Assembly: GCA_902764145.1 (NCBI GenBank)
Contig: CACWUS010000003.1
Span: 2,980 to 66,979, forward strand
DNA: 64,000 bases
Source: an uncultured Erysipelotrichaceae bacterium
GTDB lineage: Bacteria; Bacillota_I; Bacilli_A; RF39; UBA660
Direction: 5' to 3'
Under the pieces are notes generated by a model. The model saw only the letters and a program-made list of their open reading frames with translations. It was not told the origin of the DNA and ran no database searches. The position numbers were made by a program, and so were the translations under genes. This document shows, piece by piece, positions 48,155-57,603 of the stretch. Position 1 is the stretch's first letter. Every line of letters begins with the position of its first letter.

Positions 48155-48177
48155 AAAAAACCTAATAAATTAGGCTT
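48155..48177 (-). terminator. terminator-like hairpin ending the PLC-like/CYTH/ART-like operon
   Basis: Stem CCTAA (48161..48165) / TTAGG (48170..48174), extendable with one mismatch, followed on the minus strand by a T6 run. It overlaps the stop at 48170. Confidence 0.45.
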
Positions 48178-49042
48178 TAATAATACTTTGATTTTCTTTT
48201 AAGCTGACAGTTTCTTCGAACAAATCAATAAATATGTTATTTTCATATATTTTTTTATTTATTTCTTTTAATGGTAATCTATCGAAGTCCCATATTCTAT
48301 TTTCATCAGTAAAAAGTATTCCCTTTTCATTAAATCTTGATAATTGTCTATAATACATATTTATACTTAAAATAGTAGTAATATAATTTAATATTTCCAA
48401 ACTAATCATAGGATTATCAGACATTACATCTTCATATATTGTATATAAGGAACTTAATAATATTGAAGATTCATCTATTCCTAAATCATTTGAAATTAAT
48501 ATTTCTTTGACTTTTATCATTATTTCATCAAGTTCTTTTTTTATTATTTTTTTATTATCAAAACTTCTTATTTTAATTAATAAATCCATCACTTCAACTA
48601 TATTAGGGTCAGTTGATCTAATATTCCATGGATCATTATTCATTCCTAAATCAACTAAATTATTTAAATTATTAGATACCTCTTTTATTTTTAACTTAAT
48701 ACTTTCTTCTAAAGCAGAATCAATTTTTTCTTTATGTAACTTATAATATTCATCTAACTTAATTCCTTCTATCATAATATTAGATGGATTTATAATATCA
48801 GTTGTAAAATAATCTTGTGAATATCCAACTCTATTATTAAAACTTTCTACGTCAAATTCTAAAATAACACTATCACCAATATCAAATGTTTTTATCCATT
48901 TGTTAATTGATTCGCGAGTACTAAAATATGTTAAAAAATTATGTTCATGAACACTTCTACTATTCTTACCAATTGATGGAACAAGACCATTTCTTAAAAT
49001 AGAAATAATATTTGTTATTTCAGTTGCATGATATGCTTTCAT
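48170..49042 (-). CDS. protein with minimal ADP-ribosyltransferase/Tpt1(KptA)-like NAD-binding-lobe motif plus about 190-aa helical C-terminal domain
   Basis: I place the start at ATG 49042 (MKAYHAT...), preceded by TGAGGT. The N-terminal 90 aa or so read AYHATeitNIISILRNGLvPS....fLTYFStresi....gdsVILEFDVEsF....dYFTTdiInPsNI. This parallels the KptA C-lobe pattern LYHGT...L..I...GL...vHLS....pVIL.V......vWLT..V....L and the DarT start YHxT..xNLxSILxxGL. The assignment is by eye only. Confidence 0.35.
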   Translation of the reverse strand: MKAYHATEITNIISILRNGLVPSIGKNSRSVHEHNFLTYFSTRESINKWIKTFDIGDSVILEFDVESFNNRVGYSQDYFTTDIINPSNIMIEGIKLDEYYKLHKEKIDSALEESIKLKIKEVSNNLNNLVDLGMNNDPWNIRSTDPNIVEVMDLLIKIRSFDNKKIIKKELDEIMIKVKEILISNDLGIDESSILLSSLYTIYEDVMSDNPMISLEILNYITTILSINMYYRQLSRFNEKGILFTDENRIWDFDRLPLKEINKKIYENNIFIDLFEETVSLKENQSIIKA

Positions 49043-49050
49043 ATAAAACC

Positions 49051-49584
49051 TCAAAACTTTAATTTTTTTATATTATCAATATCTATATTATATATTTTAC
49101 CATATATATCTTGACAATTTAATGTAGTTATTTTTTCTTCATTTACTTCTAATAATTCCTCTATTTTTTTTATTTCTTGAACACTTTTAGCTTCTATTTC
49201 CATATAAGATGGAATTAATGGCCAAGAGTCTATATCTATTTCAACAGAATCTAAAATATATCTTATTCTTTTATTTTCTTGATAAGCTTTACTTTTATAA
49301 CCAAGTATCTCAAGCAAAGTATTTGTATCTTCAAAATTATCTACTTTTATTTCTAATTCTTTAGTACCATCAGTAGTGTTTTCTTCTACATTTTTGTATG
49401 TTAGAGTTATTTCTTCTCCAGTATCTCTAAGCCTAATCCACTCATTTTCTCTCTTAGGATTAAAATCATATACATATCTTTTTTGATACCATTCACCTAT
49501 TTTTCTAGCACCAAGACTTTCTAGTTTTGAAATCATTTTATCTATATCTATTTCAAGTACTCTTTCTTCTATTTCTTTATGCAT
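49051..49584 (-). CDS. CYTH-domain protein (class IV adenylate cyclase / triphosphate tunnel metalloenzyme family)
   Basis: 177 aa with N-terminal EIEERV (ExExK/R motif), then IRLRD, LTYK, ELEIKV, KRIRY and a C-terminal YMEIEA. This is the alternating charged beta-strand pattern of CYTH tunnels. SD GGAGGAAAA. It overlaps both neighbours (16 nt upstream, 4 nt against the track TTG start downstream). Confidence 0.75.
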   Translation of the reverse strand: MHKEIEERVLEIDIDKMISKLESLGARKIGEWYQKRYVYDFNPKRENEWIRLRDTGEEITLTYKNVEENTTDGTKELEIKVDNFEDTNTLLEILGYKSKAYQENKRIRYILDSVEIDIDSWPLIPSYMEIEAKSVQEIKKIEELLEVNEEKITTLNCQDIYGKIYNIDIDNIKKLKF

Positions 49585-50342
49585 TTTTCCTCCATATATT
49601 TATTGACTTTGTTAATATAATTAATAGCTCTTTTAACACTTTCATCATATGATTCATCTAAACTTTCACATGATTCTTTATTTCTATAATCATTATATCT
49701 AATTTTATTATCATTATTAAATAAATCAATATTTTTATTATCTTTTATAAAATCATTAAATCCAGAATATTTTTTAAGTGTTTTTAAACTAAATAACTTA
49801 TATAAATATTTTATTTTTTTATAAAGAAATATATTTAATTTATAATATATAGATACATGTTTAGTATTATATGTTTTTTCATATACATAGTTAATCATTT
49901 TAGATATTTTTTTACTCATCTTACCTTTAAAAATAATCCTATTATCATATTTATTTATTTGTTTATTACATTTTGTTCTAGATAAATAACTATCATAATA
50001 TCCTTCAATTAATGTATGATTATTTTTTCTTTTTTTACATGTTTTACTCATCTTTCTAATTAAAGGATGAATAACATCATCTATTACATAGTGACATATA
50101 TGACCATATAAAACACCAATACATTCTTTATCATTAACTAAATTATTTGAAATGATATAATCAGCCATGTTATATATAAACTCATCTTGTTTGATATTAT
50201 GACTATCACGTCTACATTTAGAATATTTACATAGGTCTCCTCCTTGAGAAAACGTAATCATATATTCTAAATTAACATTATTATTTTTAATTTTATTAAA
50301 TACTTCACGAGCCATAATTGAATGACTTACATATGCTGGCAT
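49569..50342 (-). CDS. zinc-dependent phospholipase C-like family protein
   Basis: I place the start at ATG 50342 (MPAYVSHSIMAREV...), preceded by GGGTGA. The N-terminal H-x-H type start and the later GHICHYVIDDVIHP block fit the Firmicute zinc phospholipase C / P1 nuclease-superfamily homologs. Confidence 0.6.
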   Translation of the reverse strand: MPAYVSHSIMAREVFNKIKNNNVNLEYMITFSQGGDLCKYSKCRRDSHNIKQDEFIYNMADYIISNNLVNDKECIGVLYGHICHYVIDDVIHPLIRKMSKTCKKRKNNHTLIEGYYDSYLSRTKCNKQINKYDNRIIFKGKMSKKISKMINYVYEKTYNTKHVSIYYKLNIFLYKKIKYLYKLFSLKTLKKYSGFNDFIKDNKNIDLFNNDNKIRYNDYRNKESCESLDESYDESVKRAINYINKVNKYMEEKCIKK

Positions 50343-50358
50343 ACTATCACCCAAAAAT

Positions 50359-50367
50359 ATTATAGCA
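50359..50367 (-). promoter_or_regulatory. extended -10 promoter element (TGCTATAAT) of the PLC-like/CYTH/ART-like operon
   Basis: The minus strand reads TGCTATAAT (50367..50359), immediately after the terminator T run of the preceding gene and 16 nt before the ATG at 50342. Confidence 0.55.
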
Positions 50368-50392
50368 TAAAAAAAGAACAATAATTTGTTCT
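50368..50392 (-). terminator. rho-independent terminator after the DUF1003 gene
   Basis: Stem AGAACAA (50375..50381) / TTGTTCT (50386..50392) with a 4-nt loop and a minus-strand T7 run. Confidence 0.6.
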
Positions 50393-50912
50393 ATTTTTTT
50401 TGTTCATCTTCACTTTCAAGTATTCTCAAAATTTGTTTTTGTGTTTTTATGCACTCTCTAACTTCATCATGTAATCTTTCTAATATTAATTCACTTTTTA
50501 AATCTATTTGATAATCATTTTGATTTCTAATACTATCTTTTTTAGCTTGTCTATTTTGACTCATCATAATAATTGGTGCTTGTAGAGAAGCTAAGCATGA
50601 TAATAATAAATTTAATAATATAAATGGATATGGATCAAGAGCATGTCTCATGATTATTAGATTAATTATTATCCATAGAATAATAAATGCTGCAAATCCA
50701 ATGATAAATCCCCAAGAACCAGCTACTTCAGATAACCTATCAGCTAATTTTTCACCTCTTGTAAGATTCTTATCTTCTTGTTTATCAACATCTATTGTAA
50801 TTGGTTTATCTATTAACATTTCAATTAAATCATCTTCATCTTCTAAACTAATTTCTTGTTTTAATAATTTTTTAACTAATTCTTTTTTATTAACTACTTG
50901 TTTATTTTCCAT
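50391..50912 (-). CDS. DUF1003 domain-containing membrane protein
   Basis: I place the start at ATG 50912 (MENKQV...), 7 nt after AAGGAG. GEKLADRLSEVAGSWGFIIGF..., DPYPFILLNLLLS and QAPIIMMSQNRQ are typical DUF1003 blocks. Confidence 0.8.
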   Translation of the reverse strand: MENKQVVNKKELVKKLLKQEISLEDEDDLIEMLIDKPITIDVDKQEDKNLTRGEKLADRLSEVAGSWGFIIGFAAFIILWIIINLIIMRHALDPYPFILLNLLLSCLASLQAPIIMMSQNRQAKKDSIRNQNDYQIDLKSELILERLHDEVRECIKTQKQILRILESEDEQKK

Positions 50913-50925
50913 ATTAATCTCCTTA

Positions 50926-51465
50926 CTATTCCTCATTTATATCAATTAAAGAAAATACATCTTTATTATTATTCAATTCAACTATATTAATGACAGCGCC
51001 TTCACCTACTACTTTTCCACCAAGACCAATTATTGCATCTTTAATAGCAGTAATTGTATTTCCAGTAGCATAAATATCATCAATAATATAAAAATTTTTA
51101 TTTTCATAAGTTGTATTTACTAATTTTGGAAGAACTAATGTATCTTTTCCATATTCTTTTTCATAATCAAATGTTGCTTCTATAGTAGTTGGTGGCATTT
51201 TACCTTTCTTTCTAACTGGAACACATCCACACTTTAGTTCATTAGCTACAGCCATTCCAAATAGAAAACCTCTTGCTTCTGGTGCAACTATATAATCTAT
51301 TTTCTTCTTCTTTAATTCTTTTACAAAAGATGAAATAATTTCATTTAATGTTTCTTTCTGTATTACTAATGGATTTACATCTACAAACTCAATACCTTTA
51401 GTAGGATAATCTTTTTCAGTTCTAAGATTCAATTCACTTTTTAATGTATTTCTAATTATTTTCAT
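50926..51465 (-). CDS. apt: adenine phosphoribosyltransferase
   Basis: 179 aa with YPTKGIEFVDVNPL, VAPEARGFLFG and the PRPP motif IIDDIYATGNT. Confidence 0.92.
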   Translation of the reverse strand: MKIIRNTLKSELNLRTEKDYPTKGIEFVDVNPLVIQKETLNEIISSFVKELKKKKIDYIVAPEARGFLFGMAVANELKCGCVPVRKKGKMPPTTIEATFDYEKEYGKDTLVLPKLVNTTYENKNFYIIDDIYATGNTITAIKDAIIGLGGKVVGEGAVINIVELNNNKDVFSLIDINEE

Positions 51466-52153
51466 TTTGTTTCTCCATTTCTAATAATATATTTCTTAAA
51501 TATTTAGCGACACGTTTAGAACTTTTAATTAAAAATTCTTCATATGTAATTTTATTATCACCTTCATAAGGTGTATCAGATATACTTCTAATTACTATAA
51601 AAGGAATACTGCATAAATATGCAACTTGAGCAATACTAGCACCTTCCATTTCTACGCAGAGAGCATTGAAATTTTTATTAATTTTTTCACTCATTTCTTT
51701 TTCAGTACAAAAAATATCACCTGTTGCGATTGTTCCAACATGAACACTACTATCAACCTTTTTAGAAAGATTAATTAAATAATCATCTGATTTAATATAA
51801 GTTCCAATATTTGGTATATATCCTTTTTCATGATCAAAAGCAGTTATATCAAAATCATGTTGAACTAAATTATTTGATACTACTAAATCAAGAACATGAG
51901 TATCTTTAGATATCCCTCCTGCTACACCAATATTAATAATATAGTCTACTTTATAATTATCTATTAACATCTGAGTAGTTCTTGCAGCATTTACTTTTCC
52001 AACTCCACTTTTTACAAGAATACATTTTGCACTACCAATATTGCCTTCATAAAATACTAAATCAAATATTTTGTTTTCATGAGTAATATTAATATATTTT
52101 TTTAACTCATTTATTTCTTCATCCATTGCAAATATAATACCAATAGTTTTCAT
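51452..52153 (-). CDS. mtnN: 5'-methylthioadenosine/S-adenosylhomocysteine nucleosidase
   Basis: 233 aa with IGIIFAMDEE, GVGKVNAA, VEMEGASIAQV and RSISD blocks. Confidence 0.92.
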   Translation of the reverse strand: MKTIGIIFAMDEEINELKKYINITHENKIFDLVFYEGNIGSAKCILVKSGVGKVNAARTTQMLIDNYKVDYIINIGVAGGISKDTHVLDLVVSNNLVQHDFDITAFDHEKGYIPNIGTYIKSDDYLINLSKKVDSSVHVGTIATGDIFCTEKEMSEKINKNFNALCVEMEGASIAQVAYLCSIPFIVIRSISDTPYEGDNKITYEEFLIKSSKRVAKYLRNILLEMEKQNENN

Positions 52154-52161
52154 TTAAACTC

Positions 52162-53025
52162 CTAATAAATAAATGACACTAAAATAATAGCGGCAATTAT
52201 TGTCACTAAACACACACTTAATGTCTTATTAACTGCATAATATGCACTCTCAAGAGAATTAACATGTTTTTGAGGTCCTTCACCAGGTAATATTCTAATT
52301 TCATCACTTGTTTTATGAGTTGCTGGTGTTCCATCAAAATTATAATCATTACTAGCAATTTTCTTAACTAATTTAAAGCATGTAATATAAAATACAATTA
52401 TAAATATTACAAATAATACATAGAAAACACTTCTATCAGCAAATATTAAATAATCATAAACGCTATGTGCAAGCACAGGCATTAATAAACTATAGAACAT
52501 ATATCTATTTGATTTATCTTGATGTCCCCTATATTCTTCATTTTTTGCTTTTCCTATAAAATATCCCATTATTACTGCATTACATGCATGAGAAGGAACA
52601 GTTAATACTGCTCTAAATAACCCCACTCCAACTCCATTACTAATAACATAAATAATATTTTCTACAAGAGCAAAACCAAGAGAAGCAAACACTGAATAAA
52701 CAATAGCATCATATGCATGATTATATTCTTTATGATCATATATATTTTTATAAACAATTAACCATTTAAATACTTCCTCTATAAGTCCTACTCCAATAAA
52801 TGTAGCAATAAATAAACTAATTAACTCATTATTATTGGAAGTCGAAACAAAACCATTAATTATTAGTTCACATACTAATACTGGAATAACACTTAGCATA
52901 CCAAGTACAAATACTTTTCTAAGTAAATTAGATGGTTCTTTATCTTTATCCTTCTTATAAATATAAAAACATAAAACTATTACTGGTACTACAGCAATTA
53001 ATAGTAGTACATCCATACATGTCAC
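52162..53025 (-). CDS. PrsW-family intramembrane metalloprotease
   Basis: 287 aa polytopic protein with the EEVFKW (E-E-xx-K) motif and downstream His motifs (HACNAV, AHSVYD). Confidence 0.8.
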   Translation of the reverse strand: MTCMDVLLLIAVVPVIVLCFYIYKKDKDKEPSNLLRKVFVLGMLSVIPVLVCELIINGFVSTSNNNELISLFIATFIGVGLIEEVFKWLIVYKNIYDHKEYNHAYDAIVYSVFASLGFALVENIIYVISNGVGVGLFRAVLTVPSHACNAVIMGYFIGKAKNEEYRGHQDKSNRYMFYSLLMPVLAHSVYDYLIFADRSVFYVLFVIFIIVFYITCFKLVKKIASNDYNFDGTPATHKTSDEIRILPGEGPQKHVNSLESAYYAVNKTLSVCLVTIIAAIILVSFIY

Positions 53026-53044
53026 CTCTACTATATAATTATAA

Positions 53045-53075
53045 CAAAAAAGACTATTCTAAAATAGTCTTTTTA
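53045..53075. terminator. terminator hairpin downstream of the ZIP transporter gene
   Basis: Stem AAAAAGACTATT (53046..53057) / AATAGTCTTTTT (53063..53074) with a 5-nt loop and U runs in both orientations. Confidence 0.7.
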
Positions 53076-53152
53076 TTATTTTTTTATTTACTTAACTCAT
53101 TATCATCTAAATAAGTTATCTTATTTAACGAAAGAATTATTATATATATGGT

Positions 53153-53866
53153 TTACAACAATACATCTAACACCATCATTAGTGAAAAACCAATTAATAT
53201 TCCAATTATTCCAAATGAAGATTTAATTCCTTCATGCATTCTTGGTACTAATTCTTCAAATACAACATGTAACATACATCCAGAAGCAAATGCTAATAAA
53301 AATGGTAGTAGTGGTACAACAATATTCAATAAAACAATAGTTAATAATGCACTTATTGGTTCAACAATACCTGATAATACTCCAAGTAAAAATGATTTAC
53401 CCTTTTTATTCCCATCTAATACTGCTGGCAATGATATAATCGCACCTTCTGGAATATTTTGAAGTGCTATTCCAATTGATAAAATAAATGAACTTATAAG
53501 ACTAATACTATTAACTAAAAATCCTGCAAAACAAACTCCTACTGCCATACCTTCTGGGATATTATGAAGAGTAACACAAAACATTAATTTATTATTTACT
53601 CTGTCTGTAACATTAGTAATTATTATTAAAAAAACAAATCCAAATACCAGCCCTAATAAAACAGGAATAATACTATTTGACATTTCAATTGAAGGTATTA
53701 TAAGTGACCAAATACTAGACGCAACCATTACTCCAATAGCAAAACCAATCAATAATTTTTCTATTTTATAATTAAAATTTTCTTTTAATAAAAAGACAAA
53801 TGCACTACCAAAACTAGTTCCTATAAAAGGTATCATTATTCCTATTAAACAATATAATTTATCCAT
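53153..53866 (-). CDS. ZIP-family divalent metal transporter (ZupT-like)
   Basis: 237 aa with duplicated HNIPEGMAVG / QNIPEGAII motifs in TM4/TM5-equivalent helices. Confidence 0.88.
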   Translation of the reverse strand: MDKLYCLIGIMIPFIGTSFGSAFVFLLKENFNYKIEKLLIGFAIGVMVASSIWSLIIPSIEMSNSIIPVLLGLVFGFVFLIIITNVTDRVNNKLMFCVTLHNIPEGMAVGVCFAGFLVNSISLISSFILSIGIALQNIPEGAIISLPAVLDGNKKGKSFLLGVLSGIVEPISALLTIVLLNIVVPLLPFLLAFASGCMLHVVFEELVPRMHEGIKSSFGIIGILIGFSLMMVLDVLL

Positions 53867-53924
53867 AATTACCTCACTACAATATCTTATGAAGTAATTA
53901 TTTTTATGTTAATGAAAAAAGTAA

Positions 53925-54599
53925 TCATTTATGATTACTTTTATATTCTTTAATTATTTTATAAATCTTTTTAGAATCATTAAACCATTTAAAATGACTA
54001 TCTTTATTATTGTTAAAATATATTGTTTGTATATCAATTTCATGAACATTTATATTATTTAAATTTAATAAAACATTCATTTCATAATCATATCTATTTC
54101 CTTCAACACTTAACATATAATCCATTAATTTATAACTAAAAGCCCTAAGACCACTTTGTGTATCATATATACTCTTTTGTGTTGCTTTTCTATAAAGTTT
54201 TCTTACTAAATAATTACCAATTCTACTTCTAAGAGGTGTATTTCTATCCCATGTTCTCTTACCAAGAGCTAAGTCTTCCATATGATTACTTACATAATCA
54301 ACTAACTTCCTAGCATCTTCAATCCTATGTTGCCCATCACTGTCCATTGTAACTACAATATAATTATCATACTTATCTTTTATATATTTATATCCTTCTT
54401 TTAATGCATATCCTTTTCCCATATTTTCTTCATAAGAAATCAAATATGCATATTTTTTAACTTCATCATAAATATTATTATATTTTTTATTAGATCCATC
54501 ATTAATAACTATAATATCAAAACTATCATCTATACTTTTTAATAATTCTAAAAGCTTATTATCAGGTTCAAATGATGGTATTAATACAATTTTTTTCAT
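53925..54599 (-). CDS. family 2 glycosyltransferase (DPM1/GtrB-like catalytic domain, no TM tail)
   Basis: 224 aa with IVINDGS, MGKGYALK and TMDSDGQH (DxD). A terminator-like palindrome at about 53917..53942 overlaps its stop. Confidence 0.85.
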   Translation of the reverse strand: MKKIVLIPSFEPDNKLLELLKSIDDSFDIIVINDGSNKKYNNIYDEVKKYAYLISYEENMGKGYALKEGYKYIKDKYDNYIVVTMDSDGQHRIEDARKLVDYVSNHMEDLALGKRTWDRNTPLRSRIGNYLVRKLYRKATQKSIYDTQSGLRAFSYKLMDYMLSVEGNRYDYEMNVLLNLNNINVHEIDIQTIYFNNNKDSHFKWFNDSKKIYKIIKEYKSNHK

Positions 54600-54606
54600 A
54601 ATACTC

Positions 54607-54930
54607 CTATATACCTAAAATTAAACCAATTATAAATGTTAATAACAATGATATTATAAGCACAACAATTATTTGAATTCTTTTTGATTTAATATACCCA
54701 TTTGGATCTTTAATATATCTTTCTATTGTTTTATAAACTTCTTTATAATCTTTATTAACTTTATGATTAACATAACTAAATGATTTAGATAACTCTACCA
54801 TTTTATCATTAGCACTAATAATATATTTTCCATTTATTATATCAATAGTATTTGATTCTTCATTGTAAATGATATCTATTTTTTTAAATACATTTTTCAA
54901 TTTATTATAAACATCTTTCATACTATTCAT
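54607..54930 (-). CDS. hypothetical tail-anchored small protein (107 aa)
   Basis: ORF track. It has a single C-terminal TM (IIVVLIISLLLTFIIGLILGI). Confidence 0.5.
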   Translation of the reverse strand: MNSMKDVYNKLKNVFKKIDIIYNEESNTIDIINGKYIISANDKMVELSKSFSYVNHKVNKDYKEVYKTIERYIKDPNGYIKSKRIQIIVVLIISLLLTFIIGLILGI

Positions 54931-54943
54931 ATAAAATCACCTC

Positions 54944-56011
54944 TTATTCTTTTACTATATCTATTATAACATATTCAGAATGAGTTCCAGTTTTAAAATC
55001 AATTGCCCAATCAGATATACCAGTATTTACAACAAAATATGTATTATCTATTTTTTTCATACCTTTAAACATATCATTAGCTTTAAATAATACTCCAATA
55101 TATCCAAGAGGAAATAATTGCCCGCCATGAGTATGACCACTTAGTACTAAATCAACATTTGCTTCTTTTTCATTATTATAATCATTAGGCTGATGATTTA
55201 AGTCAATTATATATTTTGTTTTATCTAAATTATCAGTAAGTTCAGATATACTCTTTCTCTGATAAGATTTGTCATTTCTTCCAATTAAATACATATAATT
55301 ATTTAATTCTACTACTTCATCACTTAATACTTTTACATTATTCTTTTCAAGTTCATAAATTAAATCAGCTTCACTAAAATTTCTATAATTAAAGTATCCT
55401 TTATCATGATTACCATATATAAAATATACCCCATATTTAGATTTAATTAAACTTAATGCTTCACATGATTTAATCATATCCTCTTTTGTAGTATCATCAT
55501 CCACAAAATCTCCAGTTAATACAAACAAATCAGAATCAATTTTAGAAATATTTTCTATTTTTTTATAAAACCCTTCACCATCAAATGTAGTACCAACATG
55601 TGAGTCAGATATTTGAATAATTCTAAATTTATTACTACCCAATTCTTTATGTGTAAACACTTCATATTTTGTTTCAAATACATGATAATCTAAATATGCA
55701 CCTATAGATAAATAAATAATTGTTGTTATAATTCCAATTAAAACAATTAAATCATATTTATCTTTCATTTTAATCATTCTAAATATTAAAGAACTAATGC
55801 TTATAAATATACACAAATGCAATAATATTACTATAGAATTAACTACATTAAATATTAAAAATATTATAACAATAGGAATTAATGATAATAGTATTCTTAC
55901 AAGCTTATTATTAATACTATTTATATATTTTATTTTTGTAAATAACATTACTGTATAACAAATAAGTATTAATAAAATAACAAAAATAACTCCTATTAAT
56001 ATTTGAAACAT
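54944..56011 (-). CDS. membrane-bound calcineurin-like metallophosphoesterase
   Basis: 355 aa with four N-terminal TMs, then DSHVG, GDFVDD, GNHD and GHTHGGQ motifs. Confidence 0.88.
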   Translation of the reverse strand: MFQILIGVIFVILLILICYTVMLFTKIKYINSINNKLVRILLSLIPIVIIFLIFNVVNSIVILLHLCIFISISSLIFRMIKMKDKYDLIVLIGIITTIIYLSIGAYLDYHVFETKYEVFTHKELGSNKFRIIQISDSHVGTTFDGEGFYKKIENISKIDSDLFVLTGDFVDDDTTKEDMIKSCEALSLIKSKYGVYFIYGNHDKGYFNYRNFSEADLIYELEKNNVKVLSDEVVELNNYMYLIGRNDKSYQRKSISELTDNLDKTKYIIDLNHQPNDYNNEKEANVDLVLSGHTHGGQLFPLGYIGVLFKANDMFKGMKKIDNTYFVVNTGISDWAIDFKTGTHSEYVIIDIVKE

Positions 56012-56019
56012 AAATACTC

Positions 56020-57540
56020 CTATCTTATTCCGCTAATATTTCCTTCTTCATCTATTTTCATTTGTAAATAATTACTTTCTTTAGCAAGACCAGGCATTGT
56101 AAGAACACCACCCATTAATACTGTAATAAATCCAGCACCATTATATAAATTAATATCATTAACAGTCATTACAAAATTTTTTGGATATCCAAGTACTTTA
56201 GGATTATCAGTAATTGACATTGGTGTTTTAGAAATAACTATATTTAATTTAGTATCTTTAAGTGAATTTATTTTTTCTAAAGCAATATCATCAAATGCTA
56301 CATCACTAGCACCATATTCATTTTTACAAACCTTAATTATTTTAGTCTTTAAATCATCATCTACTTCATACATATGATATTTCTTCTTGTTTTTCTTCAT
56401 AGCTATAATTTGATTAGCTAAATCTATACATCCAGTTTCTCCATCTCTAAACATTGTTGAAACACTAAAATTATAACCCATATTCTCTACAAAATTCTTA
56501 ATATATTCTACTTCTTTAGAATCATCATCATTAAATAAATTTAAAGAAACAAATAAATTACTAGTATATTTAGCCATATTTTTAATATGATATTCTAAAT
56601 TACCAATTCCTTTTTCTAAAGAGCCATCTCCATTATATTTAAGTGCTTTAATAGTACAATTTAATACTACTGCATCTGGATATATGTTATTTTCTTTACA
56701 TTTTATATCAAAAAATTTAATAGCACCACAATCAGATCCAAATCCTGCTTCTGTAATTACATAATCAGAAACTGACATAGCAAGTTTAGTAGCTATGATT
56801 GAATTACAACCATGAGCAATATTTGCAAATGGACCACCATGTACAATTGCAGGATTTCCATATAAAGTTTGAACTAAATTTGGATTAATGGCATTTTTAA
56901 GTAATATTGTACAAGCATCTTCTGCATGTAAATCACGAGCATATATTTCTTTTCCTTTTTTATCAAAACCAACTATAATATTTCCAATTCTTCTTTTTAA
57001 ATCATTCAAGTCAGTAGATAAACAAAATATAGCCATTAGTTCACTAGCAGTAGTAATTACAAATTTATCTCTTAAACTTCTATCATTTACATCTAAACAT
57101 CTTTTAATATTAACTTTATCTATTCCAAGTTCATTTCCTTGATATATATGATTATCAACAATAGCACACAATAAATTATTAGCACTAGTAATAGCATGAA
57201 AATCTCCTGTAAAATGCATATTAATATCAATTGATGGCTCTATAATAGCTTTTCCTCCACCAATAGCGCCACCTTTTCTTCCAAATACTGGTCCTAAAGA
57301 TGGTTCACGTAATGCAGCAATTGCATTTTTACCCAAATAGTTTAATGAATCATTAAGTCCTATACTAAGCGTAGTTTTTCCTTCACCATATGGAGTTGGA
57401 TTAATACTTGTAACTAAAATTAATTTACCATGTTTTTTACCTCTATATTTGTTATCAATTTTAGCAATATATTTTCCATAATAAGACAAATTATCATCTT
57501 TAATCTTAATTTTTTTTGCAACTTCTTTAATATTTTTCAT
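56020..57540 (-). CDS. fhs: formate--tetrahydrofolate ligase (short variant)
   Basis: 506 aa with the ATP site INPTPYGEGKTT, LREPSLGPVFG, GGPFANIAHGCNS and ITEAGFG. It is about 50 aa shorter than the typical 555-560 aa enzymes. Confidence 0.9.
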   Translation of the reverse strand: MKNIKEVAKKIKIKDDNLSYYGKYIAKIDNKYRGKKHGKLILVTSINPTPYGEGKTTLSIGLNDSLNYLGKNAIAALREPSLGPVFGRKGGAIGGGKAIIEPSIDINMHFTGDFHAITSANNLLCAIVDNHIYQGNELGIDKVNIKRCLDVNDRSLRDKFVITTASELMAIFCLSTDLNDLKRRIGNIIVGFDKKGKEIYARDLHAEDACTILLKNAINPNLVQTLYGNPAIVHGGPFANIAHGCNSIIATKLAMSVSDYVITEAGFGSDCGAIKFFDIKCKENNIYPDAVVLNCTIKALKYNGDGSLEKGIGNLEYHIKNMAKYTSNLFVSLNLFNDDDSKEVEYIKNFVENMGYNFSVSTMFRDGETGCIDLANQIIAMKKNKKKYHMYEVDDDLKTKIIKVCKNEYGASDVAFDDIALEKINSLKDTKLNIVISKTPMSITDNPKVLGYPKNFVMTVNDINLYNGAGFITVLMGGVLTMPGLAKESNYLQMKIDEEGNISGIR

Positions 57541-57603
57541 AAACAGACCTACTTTCTCATATTTGTATATTTATTATACAATAAAAATAAATCTATTAAC
57601 AAC

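Noticed and set aside
48170-49042. Interpreting the ART-like protein as a DarT toxin of a DarTG toxin-antitoxin pair.
   Set aside because: No macrodomain (DarG) gene is adjacent. The neighbours are CYTH and PLC-like genes, and the protein carries a long helical tail unlike DarT. The ARH gene at 1..191 is 48 kb away and cannot be considered linked.
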